A stretch of 39,985 nt of DNA, from positions 1 to 39,985 of IMG/VR virus record IMGVR_UViG_3300037483_001823; one strand, 5' to 3'. The position numbers and the translations under genes are program-made. The notes beneath the pieces are model-generated. The model was given only the letters and a program-made list of their open reading frames with translations. It searched no databases and was not told the DNA's origin. This DNA is from a virus (Duplodnaviria; Caudoviricetes). Of this stretch, positions 25,684-35,757 are shown piece after piece (the stretch's first letter is position 1; the number at the start of each line of letters is the position of its first letter).

Positions 25684-27381
25684 TCATGCTGCCTGTTTCG
25701 CGCCGGACATTATTTTTACATTAGCCCGAACAAGAGCTGCAGCGGGATATGGAGAGACCGAATTTCCGCACATCCTGACCTGTGCTGTTTTGGTGAGTGG
25801 TTTGCCGTTGAAGATTGGATCAATCACATATTGGTCGGTAAAACCTTGCGCCCTGAAGAGTTCCCTGGGGGCGAGCATCCGTAAACCGATATCAACAATC
25901 TGATAATGCTGCCCGTGTACCGTCACTAAGCCAAACCGGTCTTTTGCGGTTATTGTCCCTATCGGATCATTAAGGTTGTGTTCAGTGGCGTTTCCATAAT
26001 ATTTCAAAAGGAAGGCCCGAACCTCACCTACATGAAGGCCGGAGGCTGTCACGGTTGGCATAGGTTTTGTTACAGGCTGGCCATCCTTGCAGGTGCCGCG
26101 AAGTTTAACCAGGTGCGAAGTGACCAGTCCGGTTTTGCCTCCTCCACCGGCAGTTACCGTGCCTATAGGTTCATCTGCTCCTGAGCCTACACTTTTGCCG
26201 AACTGACGCATTAAAGAAGCAGTGACAAGAGAATGATGGTCGACACTGGTAACAGTTCCAATCGGTTCTTTCGTGTCCGAACCAACAACACCTGTGTAAT
26301 GTTTGGCAAGGAAGGCACTGACAAGAGCAAATCCTGGTGATGACGTGATTGTTCGTACCGGATTTTCCAGGGCCCAAACGTTTGGAGCCCTTCCGGTTGT
26401 CTTTGAGTTTGCAGTGTTCACCAATGTCGGAACAACAACAGCATGTCTGTTTTCAGTTGTTTGGGTAGCAAGCGGGTCCTTCATTGATTGACCACGAAAA
26501 TCCTCCCCTTTCGATCCGTAGTAAGTGACAATGAAAGGCTCCGGATTATTGACGACATAACGCATAATTCCTTTAGCTATCCGCCTCATCGTTGCTTCTG
26601 CAAGAGGACGTTTTCTTTCAAAAATAGAAGGTGCCGGAATGCTCCAATCAATACATTCAGCTGCAGTTCGCCATGGTAATAATTTTCCGCTGCGTACTTC
26701 GTCGGTCGACGGATCTCCGTGAGTAGGTTGCGGCCAGACAATTGGCAAGCCATCACGACGAGCAACAAGGAAAAGTCTTTTTCTGATAGTCGGAGCTCCA
26801 TAATCGCAAGCTCTCAACTCGCGCCACTCTACTTGGTACCCGAATTTTTCAAGGCAACGGATCCACTTATAAAAAGTTGCTCCCTTGTTTATCCCGCAAG
26901 GCATCAAAATCTTATCCCCGTTACTATCCAGCTTGTGACTACCGTCTTTTTCACATACCGGTGTCAGTGGTCCCCAATCCTGGAACTCTTCGACATTTTC
27001 CAACATGATTACTCTTGGAGCAACCTTCTGCGCCCACCGAACGACTACCCAGGCCAGCCCCCTGACCTTTCTTGAGACCGGCTTTCCGCCCTTGGCTTTA
27101 GAAAAATGTTTACAGTCAGGGGAGAACCATGCAAGCCCTACCTGCCGGCCTTTGCATACCTTTACTGGATCTATTGCCCATACGTCCTCAAGATAGTGTT
27201 GAGTCCATGGGTGATTAGCTGTATGCATGGCAACTGCTTCTTGATCGTGATTTATGGCGATATCGACAGCTCGACCTAATCCCAATTCAATACCTATTGA
27301 GGCGCCACCGCCTCCTGCAAAATTATCTACGATAAGTTCATCAAAAAGACTTGGTTGTAATTTTGGTAATGCTCTGGTCAT
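25684..27381 (-). CDS. DNA cytosine-5 methyltransferase (phage type)
   Basis: FAGGGG (motif I), SPDC (IV), ENV (VI), R.RLF (VIII), RELFRAQGF (IX) and GNSV (X). Confidence 0.92.
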   Translation of the reverse strand: MTRALPKLQPSLFDELIVDNFAGGGGASIGIELGLGRAVDIAINHDQEAVAMHTANHPWTQHYLEDVWAIDPVKVCKGRQVGLAWFSPDCKHFSKAKGGKPVSRKVRGLAWVVVRWAQKVAPRVIMLENVEEFQDWGPLTPVCEKDGSHKLDSNGDKILMPCGINKGATFYKWIRCLEKFGYQVEWRELRACDYGAPTIRKRLFLVARRDGLPIVWPQPTHGDPSTDEVRSGKLLPWRTAAECIDWSIPAPSIFERKRPLAEATMRRIAKGIMRYVVNNPEPFIVTYYGSKGEDFRGQSMKDPLATQTTENRHAVVVPTLVNTANSKTTGRAPNVWALENPVRTITSSPGFALVSAFLAKHYTGVVGSDTKEPIGTVTSVDHHSLVTASLMRQFGKSVGSGADEPIGTVTAGGGGKTGLVTSHLVKLRGTCKDGQPVTKPMPTVTASGLHVGEVRAFLLKYYGNATEHNLNDPIGTITAKDRFGLVTVHGQHYQIVDIGLRMLAPRELFRAQGFTDQYVIDPIFNGKPLTKTAQVRMCGNSVSPYPAAALVRANVKIMSGAKQAA

Positions 27382-29864
27382 GCCGCAGCCTCCAAGTCGA
27401 AAAGAGTAGGCATTGACACCTGCCTATCTGCCTGATTCAAATATGTCAGTCCGTCAGTAAAGTAAGCCGAGTTTAACTCGCATCCTCTTCCGTATCGCCT
27501 CAATTCCACAGCCCTGAAAGGTACTGTCATTAATCCCGCAAAAGGATCGTAAACAACATCTCCAATATTCGAGTAACGATTAATTATCCGGTCAACAATA
27601 TCGATTTGCAAAGGGCAGATATGATTATTCAATCCCTTTTGTTTTTGATTGCCGTTAAGGGTTCGCATTCTTACAACATCATCCCATACATCGGTATTAT
27701 GGGACGGAGGATCGAGCAGCATAAAAGTTGAAGGTAATGCTCCGGTTTCGTCCAGCCTTTCGCCAAATTTGACATGAGCTTCATAATCATAAATATTTTC
27801 GAAAAGATGCTTTCTGAATGTCTTACGAATAACATCAACTGGATATTGTTTTAATTCGTCCACCGACAACAGCCTATCACCTGAAGACCTCCAGAAGGAA
27901 TGAGCGTCAATTTGCCATCTAGACCGGCTGTAATTGGTTTTATCCTTCACTACTCTTTCATCTGCATATGCCGTTGATGTCTCAGTTGGGAGTTTCCGGA
28001 AAATAAGAATATACTCAGGTGTACCTACTCCCATTTTTGAACCATCCTTGCATTGCTCAGTCCATCCAAGACGGTAAGTTTGGTTGTTTTCCCGGACAAC
28101 GTCTGTAACGACCGTAATCATGCCGCAGTATATAAATCCGTGTTTCCGGTAATGACTGATACAGGTCGAATGAAACGGATCGACGGAGGGCATTCCGTAG
28201 CCGGTAACGGTACCGAACTGGATACGATCTTTGACGTGGATTGCTGCAATCCTGCCAGGTGCTAAAACCCGGAGGAGTTCAGGCGTGAGGAAGTCCATCT
28301 GTTGGAAAAATGTATCGTTGCTTGTGTTGTGGCCGAAATCGTTATAACTCGGGCTGTACTCGTAATGGTTTGAGAATGGTATTGAGGTATGGATCAGGTC
28401 GACGCTATTGGTTTCCATCAGCCTTGTTTCCTCAATACAATCGTTATTCACTGCCGTATAATTCTTGCCGCTCACTTCTACCCTTTCGCAACCTATCGAT
28501 CGGGCCAATTCACCGGCCATGCGAAGAGTAGAAAGGCCATGCTCTTTGATAATTTCACTCATAACTTGCACCATTTCTTTATGTCGTTGCCACTTCTCCA
28601 TGAGCACTTTCAAGACCTGCTTTTCGGTGTCGGTGTAGATTAAATGGATATGGCATTCTTTCGTTTGTAAAAACCTATAAATTCGATGAACACTTTGAAT
28701 GAAGTCGTTGAATTTGAATCCTATTCCGAGATAGATAGCGTTATTGCAATGCCGCTGAAAGTTGCATCCTGATCCTGAAAGAATGGGCTTGGTTGCCAGG
28801 TCCTTTATTTTCCCTTCGGAAAAATCAACTATCCGCTGTTCTCTGATTTCCAGATCCAGAGAGCCGAAAACCTCAGCGACACCCGGTACCGCTTTTTTGA
28901 TCGCATGGCGCTCAATCTCCTGATCGTGCCAAATAACAAAGTGGTCTTGCGGTCTTGCGGCCAATATTTCAACCATCTTCTCGGTTCTGATATCGAGGCT
29001 GCGCCGTTTTTCCCGGCTGGCATCCTGCAGGGAGAGAGCCGCATTGCCGCCAAACATATTCATCTGGCCAGAGCGCTCTTTTCTGAATTCGAGCTCGGTT
29101 TGAACCTCATGTAGATGCACATGGAGTGCCGGCAGATCGTATCCTTCATCCGAATGTCCCAGGTCGGAAGGTTTTTGCAGGAAGATCGCCCACGAATTAA
29201 CCCAGAACCAAAACTCTTTTTCTTTATGCGGGTAAAGCGTGAGGTTCCCGGCTTTCTGGCTGTCTCTTTGAAAAAACCGTGTAAGCGCCTGCCCTGTGTC
29301 CATGATTCCGAGAAAACCGGCATAATGAATCAGCTCTTTATATCTGTTTGGTGATGGGGTAGCCGTGGCAACAAACCGATATTTGACCTTTTTAAAGAGC
29401 GTCAAAAACTCCTGATAGGTCTTGCTACCGTAAGAGCGCAAGACAGATGCCTCATCAAGAGACACAGCCGTGAAGATATCAGGATCCAACCGACCGTCAC
29501 GAACAGACTCATAGTTGGTGATGTACATACCTAGCGCCGTTACTTCTTCCGTCCGGCGAACAAACGTTATTTCAATACCGAGCTTTGCCGCGTCGATTTT
29601 AAACTCTTGTCTCACTCCAAGAGGACAGATGATCAATCCGTTCCCGCCGACATACTTCAGGATCAGCCGCAAGATCTCCAGCTGCATGAAGGATTTGCCA
29701 AGCCCGAAAGCGGCAAAGATAGCCCTGCAGCCTCCGGATACTGACCATCTTGTAATATCCTTCTGGTGTGGCTTGAGCATCTGGTTTACTTCATGGTCCT
29801 GGATCTCGAAGCCTGTTCGGTTCTCCAGAATCATTTTGCTTTTTAAAAATTCTTGGTAGTTCAT
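27378..29864 (-). CDS. SNF2-like helicase fused to an N6A/N4C DNA methyltransferase
   Basis: FGLGKS, LDEAS, ATATP and QSVHRIYR helicase motifs; TSIPF catalytic-like motif, HICP and DPFAG SAM-binding motif. Confidence 0.85.
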   Translation of the reverse strand: MNYQEFLKSKMILENRTGFEIQDHEVNQMLKPHQKDITRWSVSGGCRAIFAAFGLGKSFMQLEILRLILKYVGGNGLIICPLGVRQEFKIDAAKLGIEITFVRRTEEVTALGMYITNYESVRDGRLDPDIFTAVSLDEASVLRSYGSKTYQEFLTLFKKVKYRFVATATPSPNRYKELIHYAGFLGIMDTGQALTRFFQRDSQKAGNLTLYPHKEKEFWFWVNSWAIFLQKPSDLGHSDEGYDLPALHVHLHEVQTELEFRKERSGQMNMFGGNAALSLQDASREKRRSLDIRTEKMVEILAARPQDHFVIWHDQEIERHAIKKAVPGVAEVFGSLDLEIREQRIVDFSEGKIKDLATKPILSGSGCNFQRHCNNAIYLGIGFKFNDFIQSVHRIYRFLQTKECHIHLIYTDTEKQVLKVLMEKWQRHKEMVQVMSEIIKEHGLSTLRMAGELARSIGCERVEVSGKNYTAVNNDCIEETRLMETNSVDLIHTSIPFSNHYEYSPSYNDFGHNTSNDTFFQQMDFLTPELLRVLAPGRIAAIHVKDRIQFGTVTGYGMPSVDPFHSTCISHYRKHGFIYCGMITVVTDVVRENNQTYRLGWTEQCKDGSKMGVGTPEYILIFRKLPTETSTAYADERVVKDKTNYSRSRWQIDAHSFWRSSGDRLLSVDELKQYPVDVIRKTFRKHLFENIYDYEAHVKFGERLDETGALPSTFMLLDPPSHNTDVWDDVVRMRTLNGNQKQKGLNNHICPLQIDIVDRIINRYSNIGDVVYDPFAGLMTVPFRAVELRRYGRGCELNSAYFTDGLTYLNQADRQVSMPTLFDLEAAA

Positions 29865-29882
29865 ATAGTCACCAGCCTAAGC

Positions 29883-30305
29883 CTAGATAGTAGAATGCTG
29901 TTTGCCGCTTTCCACCAAGACAGGCTCATAGCCTGGAATATGAACAAACGGGCTAAAACTCTTAACCGAACGACCTTCGTTGAATTTAGTCAAAAGTTCC
30001 TTTGCCCTGGTTAAACTCATTTCTGAAGATACCGTTCGTTTTCGCCTGTTTTCTATAGCTTTGGTTCTAGGAAACAATATACGTGGGTTAGCTATTCCAT
30101 CTTCACCAAAGTTTTCAAGCTCATACCTCACCCTGCCATTCAAACACTCTGGAGTTATGTTTTTAATTTTAGCCAGCACAATCGATTCGTATTCGACCTC
30201 ATTGTCGCATAGGTACATCCAAATTCTTCCACGACCCTTTCCGGCATTGTCCATCCTTCTTGATACTATGTATTTAGGTTCGTTAACTTCTATAGAAGTG
30301 CTCAT
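29883..30305 (-). CDS. Hypothetical, possible HTH DNA-binding protein
   Basis: CDNEVEY..LA...L.GR segment resembles ORF 36984..37334. Confidence 0.45.
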   Translation of the reverse strand: MSTSIEVNEPKYIVSRRMDNAGKGRGRIWMYLCDNEVEYESIVLAKIKNITPECLNGRVRYELENFGEDGIANPRILFPRTKAIENRRKRTVSSEMSLTRAKELLTKFNEGRSVKSFSPFVHIPGYEPVLVESGKQHSTI

Positions 30306-31012
30306 ATATGCTCCTTACAGATGTGAACCGGCACTCCGGTTAACCTCTGAATTTCAGTTTTAAATTGATGCTCGTCTGAATTTCCGTCTGATAAATGAAG
30401 AAGATATATTTCTTTCAACTTCGAAATATCGTTTACCTTTAAAAAATCAATTACTCTACCGAGAGAAAAATGCGATTCAAGTAACCTTTTTTTCCGGCAC
30501 TGGTCCATTATTCCTAACTCAATATTCCTCTCCATGATTTCATTGGAAAAGTTGCATTCAAGCATGAGCTGAGTTATTCCGGTAAACCGGTACCTGCAAT
30601 ATGCAGAATCGGTCATAAAGAGAATTTTTTCTTTCCCGGTTGCTATCAAAAACCCAAGAGGTTCGGCTGAATCATGCACTGTGTCAAATGGCATGATCGT
30701 CCATTCTGCAACCGGGAATTGCTGTAATGATTTGACATGGTGGATACGGTGGCCGGTTGCTCCAATCGCGTCAGCGGTTCCCTTGCTGAGATATATATCG
30801 AGTCCGGCCCTTGCCGCATCCTTAACCGCCTTCGCATGATCCATGTGCTCATGGGTTACAAGTACCCCGGCAACATCGTCAGTTCTGAAATCAAGAGCTT
30901 TCTGCATTTGTTTCCATGGCAAACCACAATCGAGTATCAGGCGTGATTGGCCGTTGTCGAGGGTATACAGGTTTCCTTTACTGGATGATGCGTAGGCGGT
31001 TATTTTGATCAT
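30302..31012 (-). CDS. Metallo-beta-lactamase-fold hydrolase (YycJ-like nuclease of RecT modules)
   Basis: SSSKGN, THEHMDH, HD, TDS, ECN and LLHLS motifs. Confidence 0.9.
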   Translation of the reverse strand: MIKITAYASSSKGNLYTLDNGQSRLILDCGLPWKQMQKALDFRTDDVAGVLVTHEHMDHAKAVKDAARAGLDIYLSKGTADAIGATGHRIHHVKSLQQFPVAEWTIMPFDTVHDSAEPLGFLIATGKEKILFMTDSAYCRYRFTGITQLMLECNFSNEIMERNIELGIMDQCRKKRLLESHFSLGRVIDFLKVNDISKLKEIYLLHLSDGNSDEHQFKTEIQRLTGVPVHICKEHI

Positions 31013-31332
31013 TAAAACCTCACCCTGAACATAGATGCCCTGCGGCTCATCATTTCACAAAGAAGTGCGTCGACAGTACCGCCAGGGAGACATGCGAACA
31101 TTGCGTCTGAAAGTTTCTTACCTTCTTCTCTGTAGAACTCTGCACAATCGTTTAGGTTTTTTATATTCGGAACGTTGTCGTCTGTTGGTACTTCCGCTTC
31201 AATCCTTAAAGAAGGGCCTTGTTGTTCACCTATTGACCCGGCCTTATGGACAACAACAAAATGCAGTTTGTCGGAGGCAAAAGAAACATCAACGATTTTC
31301 CCGGTAATTTCTTCCATATCAACCCACCTCAA
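31012..31332 (-). CDS. Hypothetical protein
   Basis: Tightly packed in the operon, overlapping both neighbours. Confidence 0.5.
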   Translation of the reverse strand: MRWVDMEEITGKIVDVSFASDKLHFVVVHKAGSIGEQQGPSLRIEAEVPTDDNVPNIKNLNDCAEFYREEGKKLSDAMFACLPGGTVDALLCEMMSRRASMFRVRF

Positions 31333-31789
31333 CAGAAATTAAATTAGCAATGGTGAAAGCTCGCCAATCAGCCTTTTCAAGATCAAAAACAGGAAAGCTG
31401 GTTTCTGATGGTGGACGCGGAGATGTGCCGCCGTTTCCTTGTTTTGCCTGCTTGGTTGCCGGTATTAATTCGGCGCTTCGGGTGCAGAGCATGGCCCTTT
31501 GTTCGCCGTTCTTTTTGGTGAAAACAACTCTCACCTTGTCGAATGCGCTAAAGATTTCTTCACATTCTTGCCGGTTTATTGGGATAAACACATAGTCGTT
31601 GAGCCTAGCAGTGTTGTTCCTTTTTTTGATTGCCAGGTCACATGCGATTGAGTTAACGACAGTAAGATTGTCTTGATTATCACCGCACCCAAAACAGTGC
31701 TTTCTACCAACCTCATTAACTGCGTCAAAACCAGTCATGCCGAGCAGCTCTGTACATCTTGCACACAGGTATCTTATTTGAATATTCAT
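31319..31789 (-). CDS. Zinc finger + WYL_2/SH3-barrel-like protein
   Basis: CARC...CFGC N-terminus; VFTKKNGEQRAMLCT...VFDLEKADWRAF C-terminus. Confidence 0.65.
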   Translation of the reverse strand: MNIQIRYLCARCTELLGMTGFDAVNEVGRKHCFGCGDNQDNLTVVNSIACDLAIKKRNNTARLNDYVFIPINRQECEEIFSAFDKVRVVFTKKNGEQRAMLCTRSAELIPATKQAKQGNGGTSPRPPSETSFPVFDLEKADWRAFTIANLISVEVG

Positions 31790-32712
31790 CAGTAAGGAGC
31801 CTCCTCTTCTTGTTTCGCCAATTGAGCGTCTATCTCTGCCGACGTTGGACCAGACTCAGGTTCGGTAATCTCCCCGGTCTCTGGATTGACGTTTTCCGGT
31901 ACCGGCGACATTTCAATATCAATCGGTTCTTTGTTCGCACTCTCCCGGTATTCGATTTCGGGGAGCCTTTCCGCCACATCATCTCCGGTCTCCGTGATTG
32001 ACCGGGAGAGAATAGCATTATCACTGCTTGAATTAATGATCGGCTTACATGCTTTGCTAATCACCGTCTTCTTGCACATATCTTCGGTAAAATTTGAATG
32101 AGTAGAGTTGGCCTTGAGCTTTCCGTTGTTCTCGAATGGATTCATTTTTGATTGCTTCCAGGCCTGGTGAATCTGGGCGATTGTCATAAGCTCGGTATGC
32201 ATAACCTCGCCGTTATGGTCGAGGACAATGCAGTAAGCGGCCTTGATCTTGTCTTTGTCGATGTTCTCGAGCTCTTGTTCGTGCCCGACTATGTCCCGCT
32301 TGCCCTTGTTGATTTTATAGATTAATTTGTCTTTCTCGTAGACAACCTCTGCGACTATATCGCCTATGTCCGGATTGACTCTTTTAGCCAGGGCCATGTT
32401 ACCGAAATACGACCGCTGGCAAGCAAGGGAAGCTCCGTAGGCGATAAAATAGCACTGCTTTTTCTCAGGATTGAGGCCCTGAACAATCATGTTTAACAGT
32501 GAGTTGGCTATACTGTTTTGGGTGCATGCTGTTAATACCGGTTTCTTGTCGCGATTCACCGTATCTTGCAGAATGAGGAAAGCGCTTTTCAGTGCGTTAT
32601 CCGGTGAATAGTCCGATGGTAATTGCAGCTCTCCGGTATGGACAAAGCCGTTTACTTTTTGCTGGACCACATCGATTACGTTTTTCTTTACTATGGCTAA
32701 TTCATTGCTCAT
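31789..32712 (-). CDS. recT: RecT-family single-strand annealing recombinase
   Basis: SIANSLLNMIVQGLNPEKKQCYFIAYG...QRSYFG, AAYC and MCKKTVI; acidic tail. Confidence 0.9.
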   Translation of the reverse strand: MSNELAIVKKNVIDVVQQKVNGFVHTGELQLPSDYSPDNALKSAFLILQDTVNRDKKPVLTACTQNSIANSLLNMIVQGLNPEKKQCYFIAYGASLACQRSYFGNMALAKRVNPDIGDIVAEVVYEKDKLIYKINKGKRDIVGHEQELENIDKDKIKAAYCIVLDHNGEVMHTELMTIAQIHQAWKQSKMNPFENNGKLKANSTHSNFTEDMCKKTVISKACKPIINSSSDNAILSRSITETGDDVAERLPEIEYRESANKEPIDIEMSPVPENVNPETGEITEPESGPTSAEIDAQLAKQEEEAPY

Positions 32713-32741
32713 TTTTGTTATTTCCTGTGATAGATTTTGAA

Positions 32742-33782
32742 TTATTTAGTTGCGATAAGGTCCCACAGTAGAGGCCTTTGCGGATCCCCAACGTTGTGAA
32801 TGGTTTCGTCTTCTTCCCAGTGCTGCCGGATACAAACGATTTCTTCCTCTGTTATCAGGCTCCATCCTGTTTTTCGCTGGAGCTCCATTAAGTCATCGAA
32901 AAGTCTTTTCCTGATATCGACCAAGAAAGGTCCAGCTCCGGCCGAGAGATTGCGCCGGATCACAGACCTTAAAGACCGCTCGTTAGCCATACCGACAAGA
33001 GTTTCCTTGAAATTGCGAAGTAACTGATATCGGTCATCATTGGTGTTGTAACCGATCATGTTTAACTGACCGGACTTTTGCAGGGGACACGCCCAGCATC
33101 CATAACGGGCGTTACCGACACAAACACCCTCTTTCTCCCCATAGACACATTCGTCTGAAGAATACCGATAAACCTCAATTAGTTTGCTATGGTCACCCCA
33201 TGGGGATGGTGCCGACATTAGATGTTCCCACACATCGCCTGCCTCCCAAAAAAGGATTGGTGCAAAGTGATTTTTTTTGTAGTCCCTCTTTCTGTAAATC
33301 CTTGCCCGAAGTGGGCTTTCAGCAGCCCGAACACCCACAAAGACAGTGAAATCTTTGTCCTTGACGGCCTGTCTGGTGAATTTCGTTATAGGGTCAATTT
33401 TTAGTTTTCCTGTACACCAACGAAAACCCATATGAGCTGCCGGATATCCTTTGCCTAAAACCCCAACCCAGAAAGAGTCTTTCGGCTCTGGTGTAACAGT
33501 CACAACCTCGGCGTTTATATCGATAGTTGCCAGATAGTTTTTTATTCTGGCTCTAACTCCATCCACATATTCAGCGAAATAGGGAATTTCCATCAGCGTA
33601 TCAGCTGTAATGATCAGCAGTTTTTTACCTGTATCACGGACAGCCTCGAAAACCAGATCGAGAACAACGGAAGAATCTTTCCCTCCTGAAAATGACACTA
33701 CGTTGATATCCTTCAGGCGCTCCTTGATCGCTCCAACCACTGCGGCGCGACTTATGCTGCTATCGGTTTCTTGTTGAATCAT
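32742..33782 (-). CDS. PAPS-reductase-family protein with DndC-like signature
   Basis: SFSGGKDSS, ADTLMEIP, SFWVGVLGKGYPA..GFRWCTGKLKIDP, GVRAAES, PSPWG, ECV and GNARYGCWAC. Confidence 0.8.
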   Translation of the reverse strand: MIQQETDSSISRAAVVGAIKERLKDINVVSFSGGKDSSVVLDLVFEAVRDTGKKLLIITADTLMEIPYFAEYVDGVRARIKNYLATIDINAEVVTVTPEPKDSFWVGVLGKGYPAAHMGFRWCTGKLKIDPITKFTRQAVKDKDFTVFVGVRAAESPLRARIYRKRDYKKNHFAPILFWEAGDVWEHLMSAPSPWGDHSKLIEVYRYSSDECVYGEKEGVCVGNARYGCWACPLQKSGQLNMIGYNTNDDRYQLLRNFKETLVGMANERSLRSVIRRNLSAGAGPFLVDIRKRLFDDLMELQRKTGWSLITEEEIVCIRQHWEEDETIHNVGDPQRPLLWDLIATK

Positions 33783-35689
33783 GCCGCAATCCTCAGCGTT
33801 GCATCTTTAGGCGAAACAACCAAACTGATTATCTGTGCAGTCATCTCCGGCAGCTCGGTGACAGACTCCCGCCCATCGACAAAAATAACCGGATGAAAAT
33901 TGTAGTAATCGCCGAACACCTGGACACATTCCAACCCTGCAGCTATCCTCGAGGCATGGTTGATACTGTTGTATCCGACGCCTTCGACCGTAGCCTCGCA
34001 GATCTCTTCAATGCCTCCGTTGATCTGCTCTTTAAAGAGCTTCCATTTAATGATGTTGAATTTGCTGTTTATGGATTCTTCCAGGGAGGAAACCTTGGCT
34101 CTTATAAAAGATTCAATGAGGAAGAGATGTTTTTCGAGATTCGCGAACTCGCCAGCCAGCTTCTTTTCTTCAGCTTTCAACTCGGCAATACGGGTGTCTG
34201 CTTGTTGTACCTGCTCGATTTTGGCCAGGTGTTTTTCGTTTTCGGCAATGGCATCTTCAATAACTTTCTTCTCAGCGGCCATGGCGACGGAGGTTTCGCT
34301 TGATCCCGATGCAAGCTTTTTGATGTCATCCAGGATCTTCGCCCTGGCTGCATTCTTTGCCGTGCACTCACCAGTGTTTTCAAACAGATTGTTACTCTTA
34401 GCGGTTGCAATTTCAGTAGTCAGTGCTGCAACTTGCTTGTCGATGTCGGCAATGCTGCTTTTTAACGTGACGATTGAGGCGGTTAATGATGCTACGTTTT
34501 CGGTCAATGCTTTGATTCTTGCAGCATTTGCCTTGCCTTTCTCAATATTTGCGTAAATGGCGATAGCCTTATTCTCGTTAAATGACAACCGTGCCGCTTC
34601 AACCTGATCTTCCGGCAGATCCTGCTTACAAGTAGGGCAACACCCTTCAGTAAAGACTAATGCGGTCAGCCTGCGCCATTCGGTTTTGAGCGCCGTGTTG
34701 GTTTCCTGTAAATCTCCGATGTCAAATTCATCTTTCGCTTTGTCTGATTCCATAGAGCGCAAAAGCCGAACTGATTCGGTGTTCTTGTCTTCTATCGCCG
34801 TCAATTTGTTTTTCAGCGCCTGGACAACTGCATTAATTGACTGTTGATGATCGTTGCGCAGTTGCTGGATCTCTCCGTCAATCTCGGCAAGTTTAGTGTT
34901 AAGCTCTGCCGCACCGCCGCCCATTAATGAAAGTGCGATAGATTGATTTTTCCCAGCCAGCTCCTCACGGAGTTTAGTCAGTTGCTTGATAATTGTTTGC
35001 GGATTGGTGACCGTGAGTTCCGGTTTGCTGCGGGTTTGTTCGTCAATTCGTGCAGGTATTCCCTCTATTGCCTCATTGATCTTTTTCCGGCTGGCCATAA
35101 CGATTTTTTTATAATCGTCGGCTGGTTTACCGCCCAAAATCTTAGGGAGTTCTGCGAGCTCAGGATTTGCATCAATGATCTGCGCGTCGGTCACATTGCC
35201 GCAAATTTCGAACAGAAGTTCACGTCGCTTGCTCCAGTGCATTTGCTCATTGGAATACGTTGGGGAGGTAAGGAGGCGAAATATATCGTCCTTAGTAGCA
35301 ATCTCACCGACTTTTGCTTTATACTTGGCCTGATTTACCGGAACTGCATCTATATAATACTCGGTCTCATGGCCGGTAAATTCGAGCTGAACTGAGCCTC
35401 GTTTTTTGGTCCATTTCTCCTTGTAAATTTTTTTGAGAATTACGGAAGAATCACCGTTTAAAAAAGTCCCTTCGACTTCAACCTCGACGCGGCTTGAGTC
35501 CTTCGGCTTGATCTCAAAAGTCGATTGCCCGAGGCTGTCCTTGTCAAACAAGAGCCACGACATCGCATCGTAAATCGTCGTCTTGCCAGCGGCATTTGCA
35601 CCGAAAACACTGGTACTTTTACCGCCAGGTTCAAAAGTATAGTCCTTCATGCTTTTAAAATTCCGGCAGTGTAGTTTTAATAATTTCAT
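33779..35689 (-). CDS. SMC/Rad50-like AAA ATPase (phage recombination module)
   Basis: GANAAGKTT Walker A, long coiled coil with CPTC zinc hook, IFVDGRES Walker B. Confidence 0.85.
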   Translation of the reverse strand: MKLLKLHCRNFKSMKDYTFEPGGKSTSVFGANAAGKTTIYDAMSWLLFDKDSLGQSTFEIKPKDSSRVEVEVEGTFLNGDSSVILKKIYKEKWTKKRGSVQLEFTGHETEYYIDAVPVNQAKYKAKVGEIATKDDIFRLLTSPTYSNEQMHWSKRRELLFEICGNVTDAQIIDANPELAELPKILGGKPADDYKKIVMASRKKINEAIEGIPARIDEQTRSKPELTVTNPQTIIKQLTKLREELAGKNQSIALSLMGGGAAELNTKLAEIDGEIQQLRNDHQQSINAVVQALKNKLTAIEDKNTESVRLLRSMESDKAKDEFDIGDLQETNTALKTEWRRLTALVFTEGCCPTCKQDLPEDQVEAARLSFNENKAIAIYANIEKGKANAARIKALTENVASLTASIVTLKSSIADIDKQVAALTTEIATAKSNNLFENTGECTAKNAARAKILDDIKKLASGSSETSVAMAAEKKVIEDAIAENEKHLAKIEQVQQADTRIAELKAEEKKLAGEFANLEKHLFLIESFIRAKVSSLEESINSKFNIIKWKLFKEQINGGIEEICEATVEGVGYNSINHASRIAAGLECVQVFGDYYNFHPVIFVDGRESVTELPEMTAQIISLVVSPKDATLRIAA

Positions 35690-35725
35690 GCTATATTGTC
35701 CCTTTAGTCATAAGTTCTGCAGTTC

Positions 35726-35753
35726 CCGGCCTGACACGCCAATGTCAGGCCGG
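35726..35753. terminator. Perfect 11-bp hairpin
   Basis: CCGGCCTGACA-cgccaa-TGTCAGGCCGG; T-rich tail only on the plus strand. Confidence 0.55.
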
Positions 35754-35757
35754 TGTT

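Noticed and set aside
33779-35689. Calling the SMC-like ATPase DndD
   Set aside because: Similar size and adjacency, but it lies upstream of the dndC-like gene and its motifs (LFDKDS, KWTKKRG, KLFKEQINGG) fit the phage ATPases that accompany RecT and MBL genes; left open in the findings.
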